A DNA stretch of 64,000 nt from Candidatus Eiseniibacteriota bacterium. GTDB lineage: Bacteria > Orphanbacterota > Orphanbacteria > Orphanbacterales > Orphanbacteraceae. A program made the position numbers and the translations under genes. Positions 35,410 through 44,466 of the stretch are shown here, one piece after another. Numbering within the stretch: the first letter of the stretch is position 1; every line of letters starts with the position of its first letter. Where the stretch lies: the NCBI GenBank assembly GCA_043809585.1, contig JBDROZ010000111.1, positions 50,320 through 114,319 of the forward strand. The letters run 5' to 3'. Below the pieces are notes generated by a model. The model saw only the letters and a program-made list of their open reading frames with translations, was not told the DNA's origin and did not search any database.

Positions 35410-37065
35410 TCATCGGAGGAGGGTCATTTTTCGGGTCTCGCTCAGCTCCCCGGCGGCTACCCGGCAGAAGTAGACGCCCGACGGGGCTTCGGCGCCCTCT
35501 TCGTCCCGGCCGTCCCAGGGGATCTCGTGCAGCCCCGCTTCGAGGGGGCCGCGGTGAACCGTCCTCACCCGGCGCCCCGAGATGTCGAACACGGTGACCA
35601 GGGCGTCGGAAGGGCGGGCCAGGTCGAAGCGGATCGTGGTCGCCGGATTGAACGGATTCGGCCGGTTCTGGGCCACCCGGCCCGGCGCCGGCGCCCCTTC
35701 CTCCACGACGATGGTGGTCTCATCGATCGGCTCGGCGAGATGGGCCACCGTGGCGAGGCACGCCCGGACGATTTCGGCGCCGTAGACCCCCTTGTTCAGT
35801 CCCGTGGTGTCGCAGGTGGAGTGATAGCAGGGGTAGGTGTCCCAGTTCCGTTCGATGGCGAGGAAGCAGGGGAACCCCTCGTTCTGGAAGGGGACGTGAT
35901 CCGAGCCCCAGCTGTAGTAGTCGAGCCGGGTCCCGAGGGAGGTGTACTCCTGGCAGGCGTCGTTCATCAGCTGCATGAGCCACTCCCACGGATTCTCCCC
36001 CTCGATGATGAGTGCGTAGTGCGTTCCGTACCAGGCGACCATGTCGCAGATGACGACGCCGAGGATCGAGTCGCCCGCCGCCGCCGCCTGCTGGGCGTAG
36101 TGGGAGGAGCCGTGGAGCCCCTGTTCCTCGCCCGTGAAGGCGATCAGCTTGATGGTCGACTTGAACCGGTACTGGGAGAGCACCTCCGCCGCGGCGAGCA
36201 CCGCCGCCGTCCCGCTCGCGTTGTCATTCGCGCCGGGGGCGAGGGTATTGGGGATGGGCGAGGTCGAATCGAGGTGGCCGCCGAGGATGTAGATGCGATC
36301 CGGCGTCTCCTCGCCGACGATCGTGGCCACCACGTTACGTGCGCTCGTGCTCTGGAAGGTGTACGGATCGAATTCGACGCTGTCGATGCCCATGGCGAGG
36401 AACCGCTCGTAGACGTACCGCTCCGCCGTGTCGCACTGGGCGTTCTTGGTGTACCGGGTGGAGAAGGTGAAAGGCCCGCCGTCGATCGTGACCTGGTTCG
36501 CGCCGGCGAGGTCGCCGATCCACTGCATGATGTCCGTCGAGTCGATCTGGGCGGCCATCTCGTCCACCAGGGGCGGGAAGACCGTGGCGGCGCTCTTCTC
36601 GCGGGAAGGGGCCCGGTCGACCAGGGGCCGCCGGATCGGCCGCTCCCGGAGGACTTTCGCCGAGAGCCCATGCAGGTGGCCGGGCGCCTCTTCGGTGTGG
36701 ACGATCAGGTTCCGCCCGTCGGTCCAGAGAATGTGGAGATCCGGATCCGTCCTCTCCCCTCCGCGGGCGCCGAGGAACGCCGGGACCGACCGGCCTCGAG
36801 GCCGGAGCAGAGAGACGACGCCCCCTTGGGGCAGGTCGATGGGGCGGCTCACCCGGAAGCCGGCATCCTTCAGGCGGGCCGCGGAGGTCTCGTCGGCCAC
36901 GATCAGGGCGTCCGGGAAACGGTCGAGCACCGCGGCCCCGGCGCTCCACGCGTCCCGCACCGTGCGCTCCCCGCCGAGCGGGGCGACCCAGAGGGTGGAA
37001 GGCGCGGCGGCGGAGAAGCCGGGAAGAAGCGCGAGCGCGAGAAGAAGGCGGACACGAGCTTTCAT
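35410..37065 (-). CDS. M28-family zinc aminopeptidase with T9SS C-terminal sorting domain (tandem paralog)
   Basis: Start MKARVRLLLALALLPG at 37065. HLDSTS...GANDNASG signature; C-terminal NRPNPFNPATTIRFDL...GVYFCRV...RKMTLLR. Confidence 0.85.
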   Translation of the reverse strand: MKARVRLLLALALLPGFSAAAPSTLWVAPLGGERTVRDAWSAGAAVLDRFPDALIVADETSAARLKDAGFRVSRPIDLPQGGVVSLLRPRGRSVPAFLGARGGERTDPDLHILWTDGRNLIVHTEEAPGHLHGLSAKVLRERPIRRPLVDRAPSREKSAATVFPPLVDEMAAQIDSTDIMQWIGDLAGANQVTIDGGPFTFSTRYTKNAQCDTAERYVYERFLAMGIDSVEFDPYTFQSTSARNVVATIVGEETPDRIYILGGHLDSTSPIPNTLAPGANDNASGTAAVLAAAEVLSQYRFKSTIKLIAFTGEEQGLHGSSHYAQQAAAAGDSILGVVICDMVAWYGTHYALIIEGENPWEWLMQLMNDACQEYTSLGTRLDYYSWGSDHVPFQNEGFPCFLAIERNWDTYPCYHSTCDTTGLNKGVYGAEIVRACLATVAHLAEPIDETTIVVEEGAPAPGRVAQNRPNPFNPATTIRFDLARPSDALVTVFDISGRRVRTVHRGPLEAGLHEIPWDGRDEEGAEAPSGVYFCRVAAGELSETRKMTLLR

Positions 37066-37388
37066 CGTTCGTTCATCCTCTCTCCGGCCGAAACCGGCGC
37101 GAAACGGAGGCTCCCGGCCCGCGGTCCGGGACGACAGGGGAGTGCAAAGGCGAATTCCTTCACGGGAGACCGGACGGGGGGCAGTCATCTTCTCAGAGGG
37201 GCGGGCGCGCCCGGATTTGATAACTGCAATGATGATAACACTCTTTTGGGTCCCCCGTCAATCTTCGGGCGCTCCTTGCGGGCCCCTCGGCCCATCCGGT
37301 ATGATGAACGTCTCGCGTGCGACCCCCACGGGAGCGCGCGCTCCCCGAGGCAGAACCCACGGCCCATCGTCCGAGGAGAGGATCCACA

Positions 37389-40300
37389 ATGAAGAGAACC
37401 GCGCTCATCGTCATGGCCCTCGGGCTCGCCCTCACCGCCGCCGCGCGGGCGGACGAGGTACGTTTCGCCCGCTTCCCCGAACTGTCGCCCGACGGCCGGC
37501 GGATCGCCTTTTCGTACGACGGCGACATCTGGACGGTCCCTGTCGCCGGGGGGGACGCGAAGCGGGTGACGGACCATGTCGAGTGGGACGGCTACCCGGT
37601 CTGGTCGCCCGACGGCCGGCGGATCGCCTTCGCCTCGTCCCGCCACGGGGGGGGCGACGTCTTCGTCGTCGACGCCGAGGGGGGCGAAGCGGAGCGGCTC
37701 ACGTGGGATTCGAGCACCGACATCCCCTCGGACTGGACGCCCGACGGTTCGTCGATCCTCTTCTTCAGCCGCCGGCTCGGGGCGGAAGACCTCTTCGTCG
37801 TGCGGGTCTCCGGCGGGACGCCGATCCGGATCAGCGGCGTCGAGTTCGAGCGGGAGGCGTACGCCGACCTCTCCAATGACGGGACGAAGCTCGTCTACAA
37901 CAACAACCGGTGCACCTCCGGGTGGCACCGGCGCTTCTTCGACTCTTCCGACGCGGCGGACGTCTACGTCGCCGACTTCTCGGTGAGCGGTATCCGGTCC
38001 CGGCCCTTGACCGAGGATACCCACCACGATCTCTGGCCCCACTTCGGTCCGGGAGACAAGGAGGTCTTCTTCGTTTCCGGCCGGGCGGGGGCGCTCAACA
38101 TCTACCGGATGCCGGCGGGCCGGGGCGAAGGAGAGTCGCGACCGATGACGAGTTTCGAGACCGATGTGACCTGGCTCTCCGTTTCGGAGACCGGCCTTCT
38201 CGCCTTCCAGACAGGGTTCGACGTCTACACCATGCCCGGGGACGGCGGGACGCCGTCGAAGGTCACGATCCGCTGCCCCACGGAGTTCAAGGAGAACCCG
38301 GTGCGGGTGGAGACCTTCGCGGGGGACGTCACCGAGTTCCGGGTCTCGCCGGACGGGAAGAAGACGGCCGTCGTCGTGCATGGCGAGGTCTTCGTCGTCC
38401 CCTCGGAGAAGGGGGGCGCGGCGCGGCGCGTCACGCGGACCCCCTGGCGGGAGTCCGACGTGCGGTGGCTGGATGACTCGCGGCGCATCGTTTACACGTC
38501 CGACCGGAACGGGAACCTCGACCTCTTCACGGCGGACACGAAGACGGGGGAGGAGACGCTGCTCGTCGGAGGGTCGGAAAACGACTGCCGCCCCGCCCCG
38601 TCCCCCGACGGCGCGTGGATCGCCTTCTACCGGGGGAACCACGCGATCGGCCGGGTGAAGCCGGAGGGAGGGACGCCGGAGGTGCTGATCCGGGCGAAGT
38701 TCCTCGATCTCCGCCTCGAGAGCGAGGAGAGTTTCGCCTGGTCCCCCGACTCGAAGTGGATCGCCTACTCGTCCTACGCCGCCGATTTTCACACGGACAT
38801 CCGGGTCCGGAACCTGGAGGACGGAACCGACGAGCCGGTGAGTTACCTCGCCACCAACAACTACCGTCCCGTCTGGTCGCCCGACGGCAAGTACCTCTAC
38901 TTCACCTCCCAGTTCCAGGAGAACGGCGACACCTACCGGGTTCTCTTGAAGGAGGAGAAACCTGAGTTCGAAGAGGACGTCCTCGACAGCCTGTACGAAG
39001 ACGGGGAAAAAGGAGAGGGTGGGGAGGAGGAGAAGAAAGAGGAGGAGAAGAAGAAGGAGAAGAAGGAGGGAGGGGAAGAGAAGGAGGACGAGAAGAAGGC
39101 CCCCGAGCCGGTGGTGATCGACTTCGAGGACATCATGCAGCGGGTCCGGGCGTTTCCCGACCTCGCGAACGACGAGTCCGAGCCGGTATTCGTCGAGGGG
39201 GGGGACAAGGTCGTCTTCAGCGCGAACGTGATGGGCCCCGGAAGCCACGATCTGTGGTCCTACCCGGCGAAGACGGCCGAGGAGACGAAACTCGAGCAGC
39301 TCACCACCTCGGGCGCGGAGAAGAGCGGCCTCCAGGCGGTGAGTGACGCGGTCTGGTACCTCGAGAGCGGGCGGGTGAAGTGGTACGACGTGGGCAAGTC
39401 GAAGAGCGGCTCGCTGACGTTTCACGCGGACATGGAGATCGACGAGAGGGCGGACCGGGAGCAGATGTTCCAGGAGGCGTGGTCCCTCTTGGACGATCAG
39501 TTCTACGACCCGGCCTTTCACGGCGCCGACTGGGCGCGAATCAGGAAAGAGTACGCCGCCGTGGTCCCCCACGCCCGGAACAAGGCCGACTTCCACACGT
39601 TGATCCGGATGATGATCGGCGAGTTGTCGGCGTCGCACCTGGACATTTGGGACCCGAAGGCCCGTGTGCCCCGGGAGACGGGGTACCTCGGCGTCGAACT
39701 CGACTACCCGCTCACCGCCCGGGGCGTTTTCCGTGTCCGTTCGGTCCTGCCGGAAGGGCCGGCGACATTGGAAGAATCGAAGATCGAGACGGGCGAGTAC
39801 ATCCTTTCCGTGGACGGCGAGACCCTCGGCACGGACGTCAACTTCGACCGGCTCCTGGAGGGGAAGATCGGAAAGCGCGTCGAGCTGACGGTGGCGGAGG
39901 ACGAGGGGGGCAAGAACGGGCGGACCGTGCGGATCAAGCCGGTCTCCCGGGGCGAGTACGTCGGACTCGTGGAGGACGGATGGGAGCGGGAGCGCCGGCG
40001 TCTCGTGGACGAGTGGAGCGGCGGGCGGCTCGCCTATCTCTGGATCCGGGGGATGGGAGGGGGGGATCTCGAGCGCTTCCGGCGTGAACTGGTCAACATC
40101 GCGGAGGAAAAGGAGGGGGCGGTCATCGACGTCCGCTACAACGGCGGGGGCTGGATCTCGGTTCACCTGCTCGGCATTCTCGACCGGGAGCCCTTCCTGC
40201 TACGCAACTTCCGCGGGGAGCCGTTCACGAGGGAGGCGAAGATGCGTTCCTACGCCTATGGGAAGCCGACGGCCCTCCTCATTCACAACCACTCGTACTC

Positions 40301-40589
40301 GAACGCCGAAATCTTCGCCGAGGGGTGGCGGAAGCTCGGGCTCGGACCGATCGTCGGCACCCCGACGGCGGGCTCCGTGATCGGCACGGGCGGATGGACG
40401 CTGATCGACGGCACGGTGTTCCGGAAGCCGTCATGGGGCGCCTTCACCCTCGAAGGCGAGAACCTGGAAAACAACGGGCGGAAGCCCGACTACGAGGTCC
40501 ACAACGAGTACAACGACTGGATCGAGGGGCGCGATCCGCAGCTGAAGAAGGCCGTCGATCTGCTGATGGTGGATCTGGAGAAGAAGTAG
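37389..40589 (+). CDS. Tricorn-protease-like S41 peptidase (TolB-like beta-propellers + PDZ + S41 catalytic domain)
   Basis: Start MKRTALIVMALGLALTAAARA with a GGAGAGGA RBS. Repeated DGRRIAF/SPDG propeller blades, a PDZ segment and a C-terminal S41 region (VIDVRYNGGG...HNHSYSNAE). A KE-rich low-complexity insert lies at about aa 560-597. Confidence 0.8.
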   Translation: MKRTALIVMALGLALTAAARADEVRFARFPELSPDGRRIAFSYDGDIWTVPVAGGDAKRVTDHVEWDGYPVWSPDGRRIAFASSRHGGGDVFVVDAEGGEAERLTWDSSTDIPSDWTPDGSSILFFSRRLGAEDLFVVRVSGGTPIRISGVEFEREAYADLSNDGTKLVYNNNRCTSGWHRRFFDSSDAADVYVADFSVSGIRSRPLTEDTHHDLWPHFGPGDKEVFFVSGRAGALNIYRMPAGRGEGESRPMTSFETDVTWLSVSETGLLAFQTGFDVYTMPGDGGTPSKVTIRCPTEFKENPVRVETFAGDVTEFRVSPDGKKTAVVVHGEVFVVPSEKGGAARRVTRTPWRESDVRWLDDSRRIVYTSDRNGNLDLFTADTKTGEETLLVGGSENDCRPAPSPDGAWIAFYRGNHAIGRVKPEGGTPEVLIRAKFLDLRLESEESFAWSPDSKWIAYSSYAADFHTDIRVRNLEDGTDEPVSYLATNNYRPVWSPDGKYLYFTSQFQENGDTYRVLLKEEKPEFEEDVLDSLYEDGEKGEGGEEEKKEEEKKKEKKEGGEEKEDEKKAPEPVVIDFEDIMQRVRAFPDLANDESEPVFVEGGDKVVFSANVMGPGSHDLWSYPAKTAEETKLEQLTTSGAEKSGLQAVSDAVWYLESGRVKWYDVGKSKSGSLTFHADMEIDERADREQMFQEAWSLLDDQFYDPAFHGADWARIRKEYAAVVPHARNKADFHTLIRMMIGELSASHLDIWDPKARVPRETGYLGVELDYPLTARGVFRVRSVLPEGPATLEESKIETGEYILSVDGETLGTDVNFDRLLEGKIGKRVELTVAEDEGGKNGRTVRIKPVSRGEYVGLVEDGWERERRRLVDEWSGGRLAYLWIRGMGGGDLERFRRELVNIAEEKEGAVIDVRYNGGGWISVHLLGILDREPFLLRNFRGEPFTREAKMRSYAYGKPTALLIHNHSYSNAEIFAEGWRKLGLGPIVGTPTAGSVIGTGGWTLIDGTVFRKPSWGAFTLEGENLENNGRKPDYEVHNEYNDWIEGRDPQLKKAVDLLMVDLEKK

Positions 40590-40642
40590 GACGAGAGGGA
40601 TGAATGGACTCCAGAATCCGAGGCCGGGTCTTCTCTTCCCGC

Positions 40643-41860
40643 TCAGTCCCTGTTCGTTGGCGGCGCCAGGTCCGGCATCGGCACGCCGCGGAGCTCCATG
40701 ATCCGCTCGATGGCGTGGCCGACCACGGAGTCGGGCGTGGATGCGCCGCCGGTGACGCCGATCACCTGAGGCCCCGCCGGAAGCCAGCCGGTCTCGATGC
40801 ACGGCTCCCCTCCGAGCGGTTTCGTCCGGATCCGCTCTCCATCGAGGATACAGTCGGCCGACTCGATGTGATAGGAGGGGACCGTCCGGCTGGCGATCTC
40901 CACCAGGTGTCCGGTGTTCGAGCTGTTGTAACCGCCGATCACGATGATCCGGTCGAGCCCCTCCCGGATGAGATCGCGTACCGCCCTCTGGCGGTCCTCC
41001 GTGGCGCTACAAATCGTGTCGAAGGCCCGGAAGTGCTCGTCCGTCTCTTCGTCTCCGTAGCGCTCGGCGATCGCCTTCCGTAGCACTTCCTGGATCTCCC
41101 TCGATTCCGATTCGAGCATGGTGGTCTGGTTCGCGAGCCCGATCCGCCCGAGGTGCGCCTCCGGGTCGAAACCGTCGCTCGCCGCTTCGGCGAAACGGTC
41201 GCGGAAGCCGGCGAAATCATCCCGGGCGATCATGCGGGCGAGATGGTTCGTCTCTTCCAGATCCCGCACGACCAAGTATTTCCCGTCCGGATTTTCGGAG
41301 GCGACCTGGGAACAGGTGGCCCGAGTCTCCTCGTGGTCGTACTTGCCGTGGATGACCGACGTGAACCCGTCCCGGGCGTACTGGCGGACCCGCTTCCAGA
41401 CGTTCAAGACCGAACCGCATGTGGTGTCGACGAGCTCGTATCCCCGGTCGAGGAGCCACGCCATTTCCCGGGCGTCGGCGCCGAAGGCGGGGATGAGAAC
41501 GACGTCGCCCCGCGACAGCTCCCCGAACCGCTCCTCCCTGTTCTTCGATTCGGGGAGGAACCGGACCCCCATTTCATGGAGCCTCCGGTTCACGCGGGGA
41601 TTGTGGATGATCTCCCCGGTGATCCAGATCCGCCGGTCCGGGTAGCGGTGGCGAGCCGCGTAGGCGTACTCCACCGCCCGGTCGACGCCGTAGCAGAAGC
41701 CGAACTCCGCGGCGAGGGCGATGGTGGTGTCCCCGCCACGGAGGCGGTAGCTGTTTCGGCGGAGGTGGTCGATCAGGGGGGAGCGGAAAGCTTCTGTCAT
41801 CTCCCGCTCCGCCAGGGCACGGATCTCCGCCGAAGCCCGCCGATTTCGATCACCGGTCAT
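40643..41860 (-). CDS. ispH: 4-hydroxy-3-methylbut-2-enyl diphosphate reductase
   Basis: Conserved GFCYGVDRAV, IHNP and SSNTGHL LytB motifs. Start MTGDRNRR at 41860 with a GGAGG RBS. Confidence 0.9.
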   Translation of the reverse strand: MTGDRNRRASAEIRALAEREMTEAFRSPLIDHLRRNSYRLRGGDTTIALAAEFGFCYGVDRAVEYAYAARHRYPDRRIWITGEIIHNPRVNRRLHEMGVRFLPESKNREERFGELSRGDVVLIPAFGADAREMAWLLDRGYELVDTTCGSVLNVWKRVRQYARDGFTSVIHGKYDHEETRATCSQVASENPDGKYLVVRDLEETNHLARMIARDDFAGFRDRFAEAASDGFDPEAHLGRIGLANQTTMLESESREIQEVLRKAIAERYGDEETDEHFRAFDTICSATEDRQRAVRDLIREGLDRIIVIGGYNSSNTGHLVEIASRTVPSYHIESADCILDGERIRTKPLGGEPCIETGWLPAGPQVIGVTGGASTPDSVVGHAIERIMELRGVPMPDLAPPTNRD

Positions 41861-41892
41861 GGGGCACCTCCGCTTGTAAGGATAATCGAAAC

Positions 41893-42350
41893 TGGGTGTG
41901 GTGCTCACCCCGAAGTGGCTATCTTCCTCGGACTCCTCTTCTGCACCCTGGAATGGTGATCTTCGTGTGCGGTATCCCCCCTGAGGGGGACAGGGTCCGC
42001 TGAGGTCAGACCGATATCTTCCGAGCCGGAGGCTCGGGCGGAACCAGTCCCCCGCTCACTCCGAAGCTGGTGGGCGAGGTTAGATTCCGGATATCCCGAA
42101 GTGGCTATCTTCCTCGGGCTCCTTTTCTGCACCCTGGAGCAGTCGTGTTCGCGCTCAGTATCCGTCCGGAGGGCGGTGGGGCGGGGGGACGGCTCCGGGA
42201 GGGATGCGGGTTAGACTAGGACGCTCGTCGTGCTGCGGGAGCAAATCCTCCCATTCTCCGGCCTCGTAGAGGAGGCGTTTCGGAAGGCGGCAACAGCTCC
42301 CCGGTGATGACCCGATCCCTCCCGGAGCCGTCTCCCCGTCCCGCCGATGA
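41893..42350. repeat. Composite repeat locus: family B (inverted, plus a partial tandem duplicate) followed by family C
   Basis: 41930-42075 is the reverse complement of 28889-29020. 42085-42150 is a partial direct duplicate of 41893-41950. 42185-42350 matches 28690-28860. Confidence 0.65.
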
Positions 42351-43206
42351 TCGTGGCCGGGGCAGGGGTCCGCGTCTTGTTCCGGTTCGATGTGACTGAA
42401 GCGGTTTCCGCGGGTGCCCGCGGTTCGGGGATGGGGGCGTGGCGAGGGAGTGAGCCGGGTGGCGAGGGCCGCTCTCGACGAGGGTGCTCCCGGAGGCGGG
42501 GCCATGGCCCCGTCGAGGAAGCGCCCGAAGGAAGAGCGAGGCCGCAGCCCCCGGATCGCTTCCGGAGTAGGCCCCATCCCCGAATCGCGGGCAAAAAGAA
42601 ATCGGGGGACCCGAAGATCCCCCGATTATCCTCGGCTGACCGCCGTAACCTCACGCTCCCCCACTGAGGAAATCGACGGTACTGGCGCCGAGGAATCCCA
42701 AGGCCGGTCTCCCGTTCGGCCTTCGGTACATAACATAGAGCAACCTATGTGCCATCCCACAGAGCCTGCCCTTTTTAGCAGGAGCCGTTATTTTAACTCA
42801 TTTAATGACAGATAGATGTGATTCTCGAGGCCTGACCGTGAACAGTCTCCCCGGCCTCATAGAAGAGACAACGGAGGTTGGCATTTTGCGGGTTTTTCCC
42901 CTGGTCATCTGGTAACCGCCTACTAAACAGGAGGTTCCGGCCGTCAACCTGGGTCGGCAGGAGTGGTGTCGGATTGGCAAACATTGTTGACGGTTTTTCT
43001 GAAAACGTACGAAATGGTGCAACGAGCACCCTCATTTCGGCTCTCCGGGTGGGTTGCCCCGGGGGGTGGGGTAAATGGCGCGCGGGAGGCAACGAAGATG
43101 GCTCGCCTGGATCATGCATGATCCAGCCGAGGGCTTCGGCTTCGAGATGGAGAGGGGCTTCGTCATCTTCCCACTGAAGACCGGTGGCCTCCCCGCAGCG
43201 CTTCGA

Positions 43207-44265
43207 CTATTTCCGGATCGTGAACGAGTCGATGAGGGCACCGGACGTGTCGATCACGTCGGCGTGGAAAACCGGTCCGTCCACGGAGCAGCGGACGTAG
43301 AAGTGGCGGTCGTTCGTGCCGGCCGCGTAGGCGCCTTCGGGGACGCCTTCGGGGTGCGGGAAGGGAAGTCCGATCCGGGCGCCCCGCCCGATCCGGCCGC
43401 CTCCTCCTCCGACGGTGAGATAGACGGTCGAGCTGTCCGTTTCCGTCCAGAGCGCGCCGTTCCGGACCGGCGTGGTTCGCGTGTAGCAGTGTTGATCCCC
43501 GCTGAAGAAGACGTCCACGCCCGCGTCCTCGATGAGGCGGCAGATCGAACCCTCGCCGGACCGCTCCGAGTCGATGTTCTTCCGCCCGCTGTACTGCTCG
43601 GCGCCGTAATAGGCGCGGTGGCCGAAACCGAAGGTCCACACCGCCCCGGGCTCCCGCGACGCCAAATCCTCTTCGAGCCATGTCCGCTGGGCCGACCCGG
43701 GCGTGTTGATGCCACCGTTCGGGAGGCAGAAGCGATAGCCCATCATGTCGGAGTCGGGGGCGTCCGAGTTGTTCTCGACGAAGAAGAAATGGGATCCTCG
43801 ATGGTCGAAGGAATACCAGCCGTCGCCCAGCACGGGAAAGAAGGACCGAGCGTAGGAGTAGTCGACGTAGTCGCCCTCGTGGTTGCCGAGGACCGGGTAG
43901 AAGGCGATGGACGAGTCGAGGAGAGAAACGTAGTGGAGAAACGTGTCGGCCGTGGCCTGACCCGCGACGTCGTAGCTCGGGCCGATGATCCAGTCGCCGC
44001 AGTGGACGAGAAAGTCGGGACGGTCGGCGTTCACCTGCTCGATGATGCGGCGGAAGACCGCGCGGCCGGTATGAGGGGTGCCGCCCGTGTGGGTGTCGCT
44101 CACGACGGCAAAGGTGAATTGACTCGCGTGCGCCCTGTCGGTCGGCAGAAGGCAGCCGGCAAGAACGAGAGCGCCCACCAGGACAGAGGCGCCCTGCCTA
44201 CTCCGAACGAGATAGGATAGCGTCACTTCCCTGATCACTTCGAAACCGACTTCGAGCCGTGGCAT
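43207..44265 (-). CDS. Calcineurin-like metallophosphoesterase (secreted)
   Basis: AVVSDTHTG, HCGDWI and GNHE motifs; N-terminal hydrophobic signal. The start may be internal to the ORF. Confidence 0.75.
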   Translation of the reverse strand: MPRLEVGFEVIREVTLSYLVRSRQGASVLVGALVLAGCLLPTDRAHASQFTFAVVSDTHTGGTPHTGRAVFRRIIEQVNADRPDFLVHCGDWIIGPSYDVAGQATADTFLHYVSLLDSSIAFYPVLGNHEGDYVDYSYARSFFPVLGDGWYSFDHRGSHFFFVENNSDAPDSDMMGYRFCLPNGGINTPGSAQRTWLEEDLASREPGAVWTFGFGHRAYYGAEQYSGRKNIDSERSGEGSICRLIEDAGVDVFFSGDQHCYTRTTPVRNGALWTETDSSTVYLTVGGGGGRIGRGARIGLPFPHPEGVPEGAYAAGTNDRHFYVRCSVDGPVFHADVIDTSGALIDSFTIRK

Positions 44266-44466
44266 GGCAGGCCCTCACTAGAAAAGCCCGAGTCCTTCGA
44301 TCCACTCCGGTCCCCATCTCGCGAACGAACTCCCATTCGAGAGGATATCCGAATCTGGCGGATTGGGAAAGAGGGGAGAGGCTTTGGGCGCCCGTGTGGG
44401 TGTCGAGGGCCCACCCGCCGCATGGCGAAGAACCCCCCGTCTCGGGAGCGCGGAGAACGCTATTCC

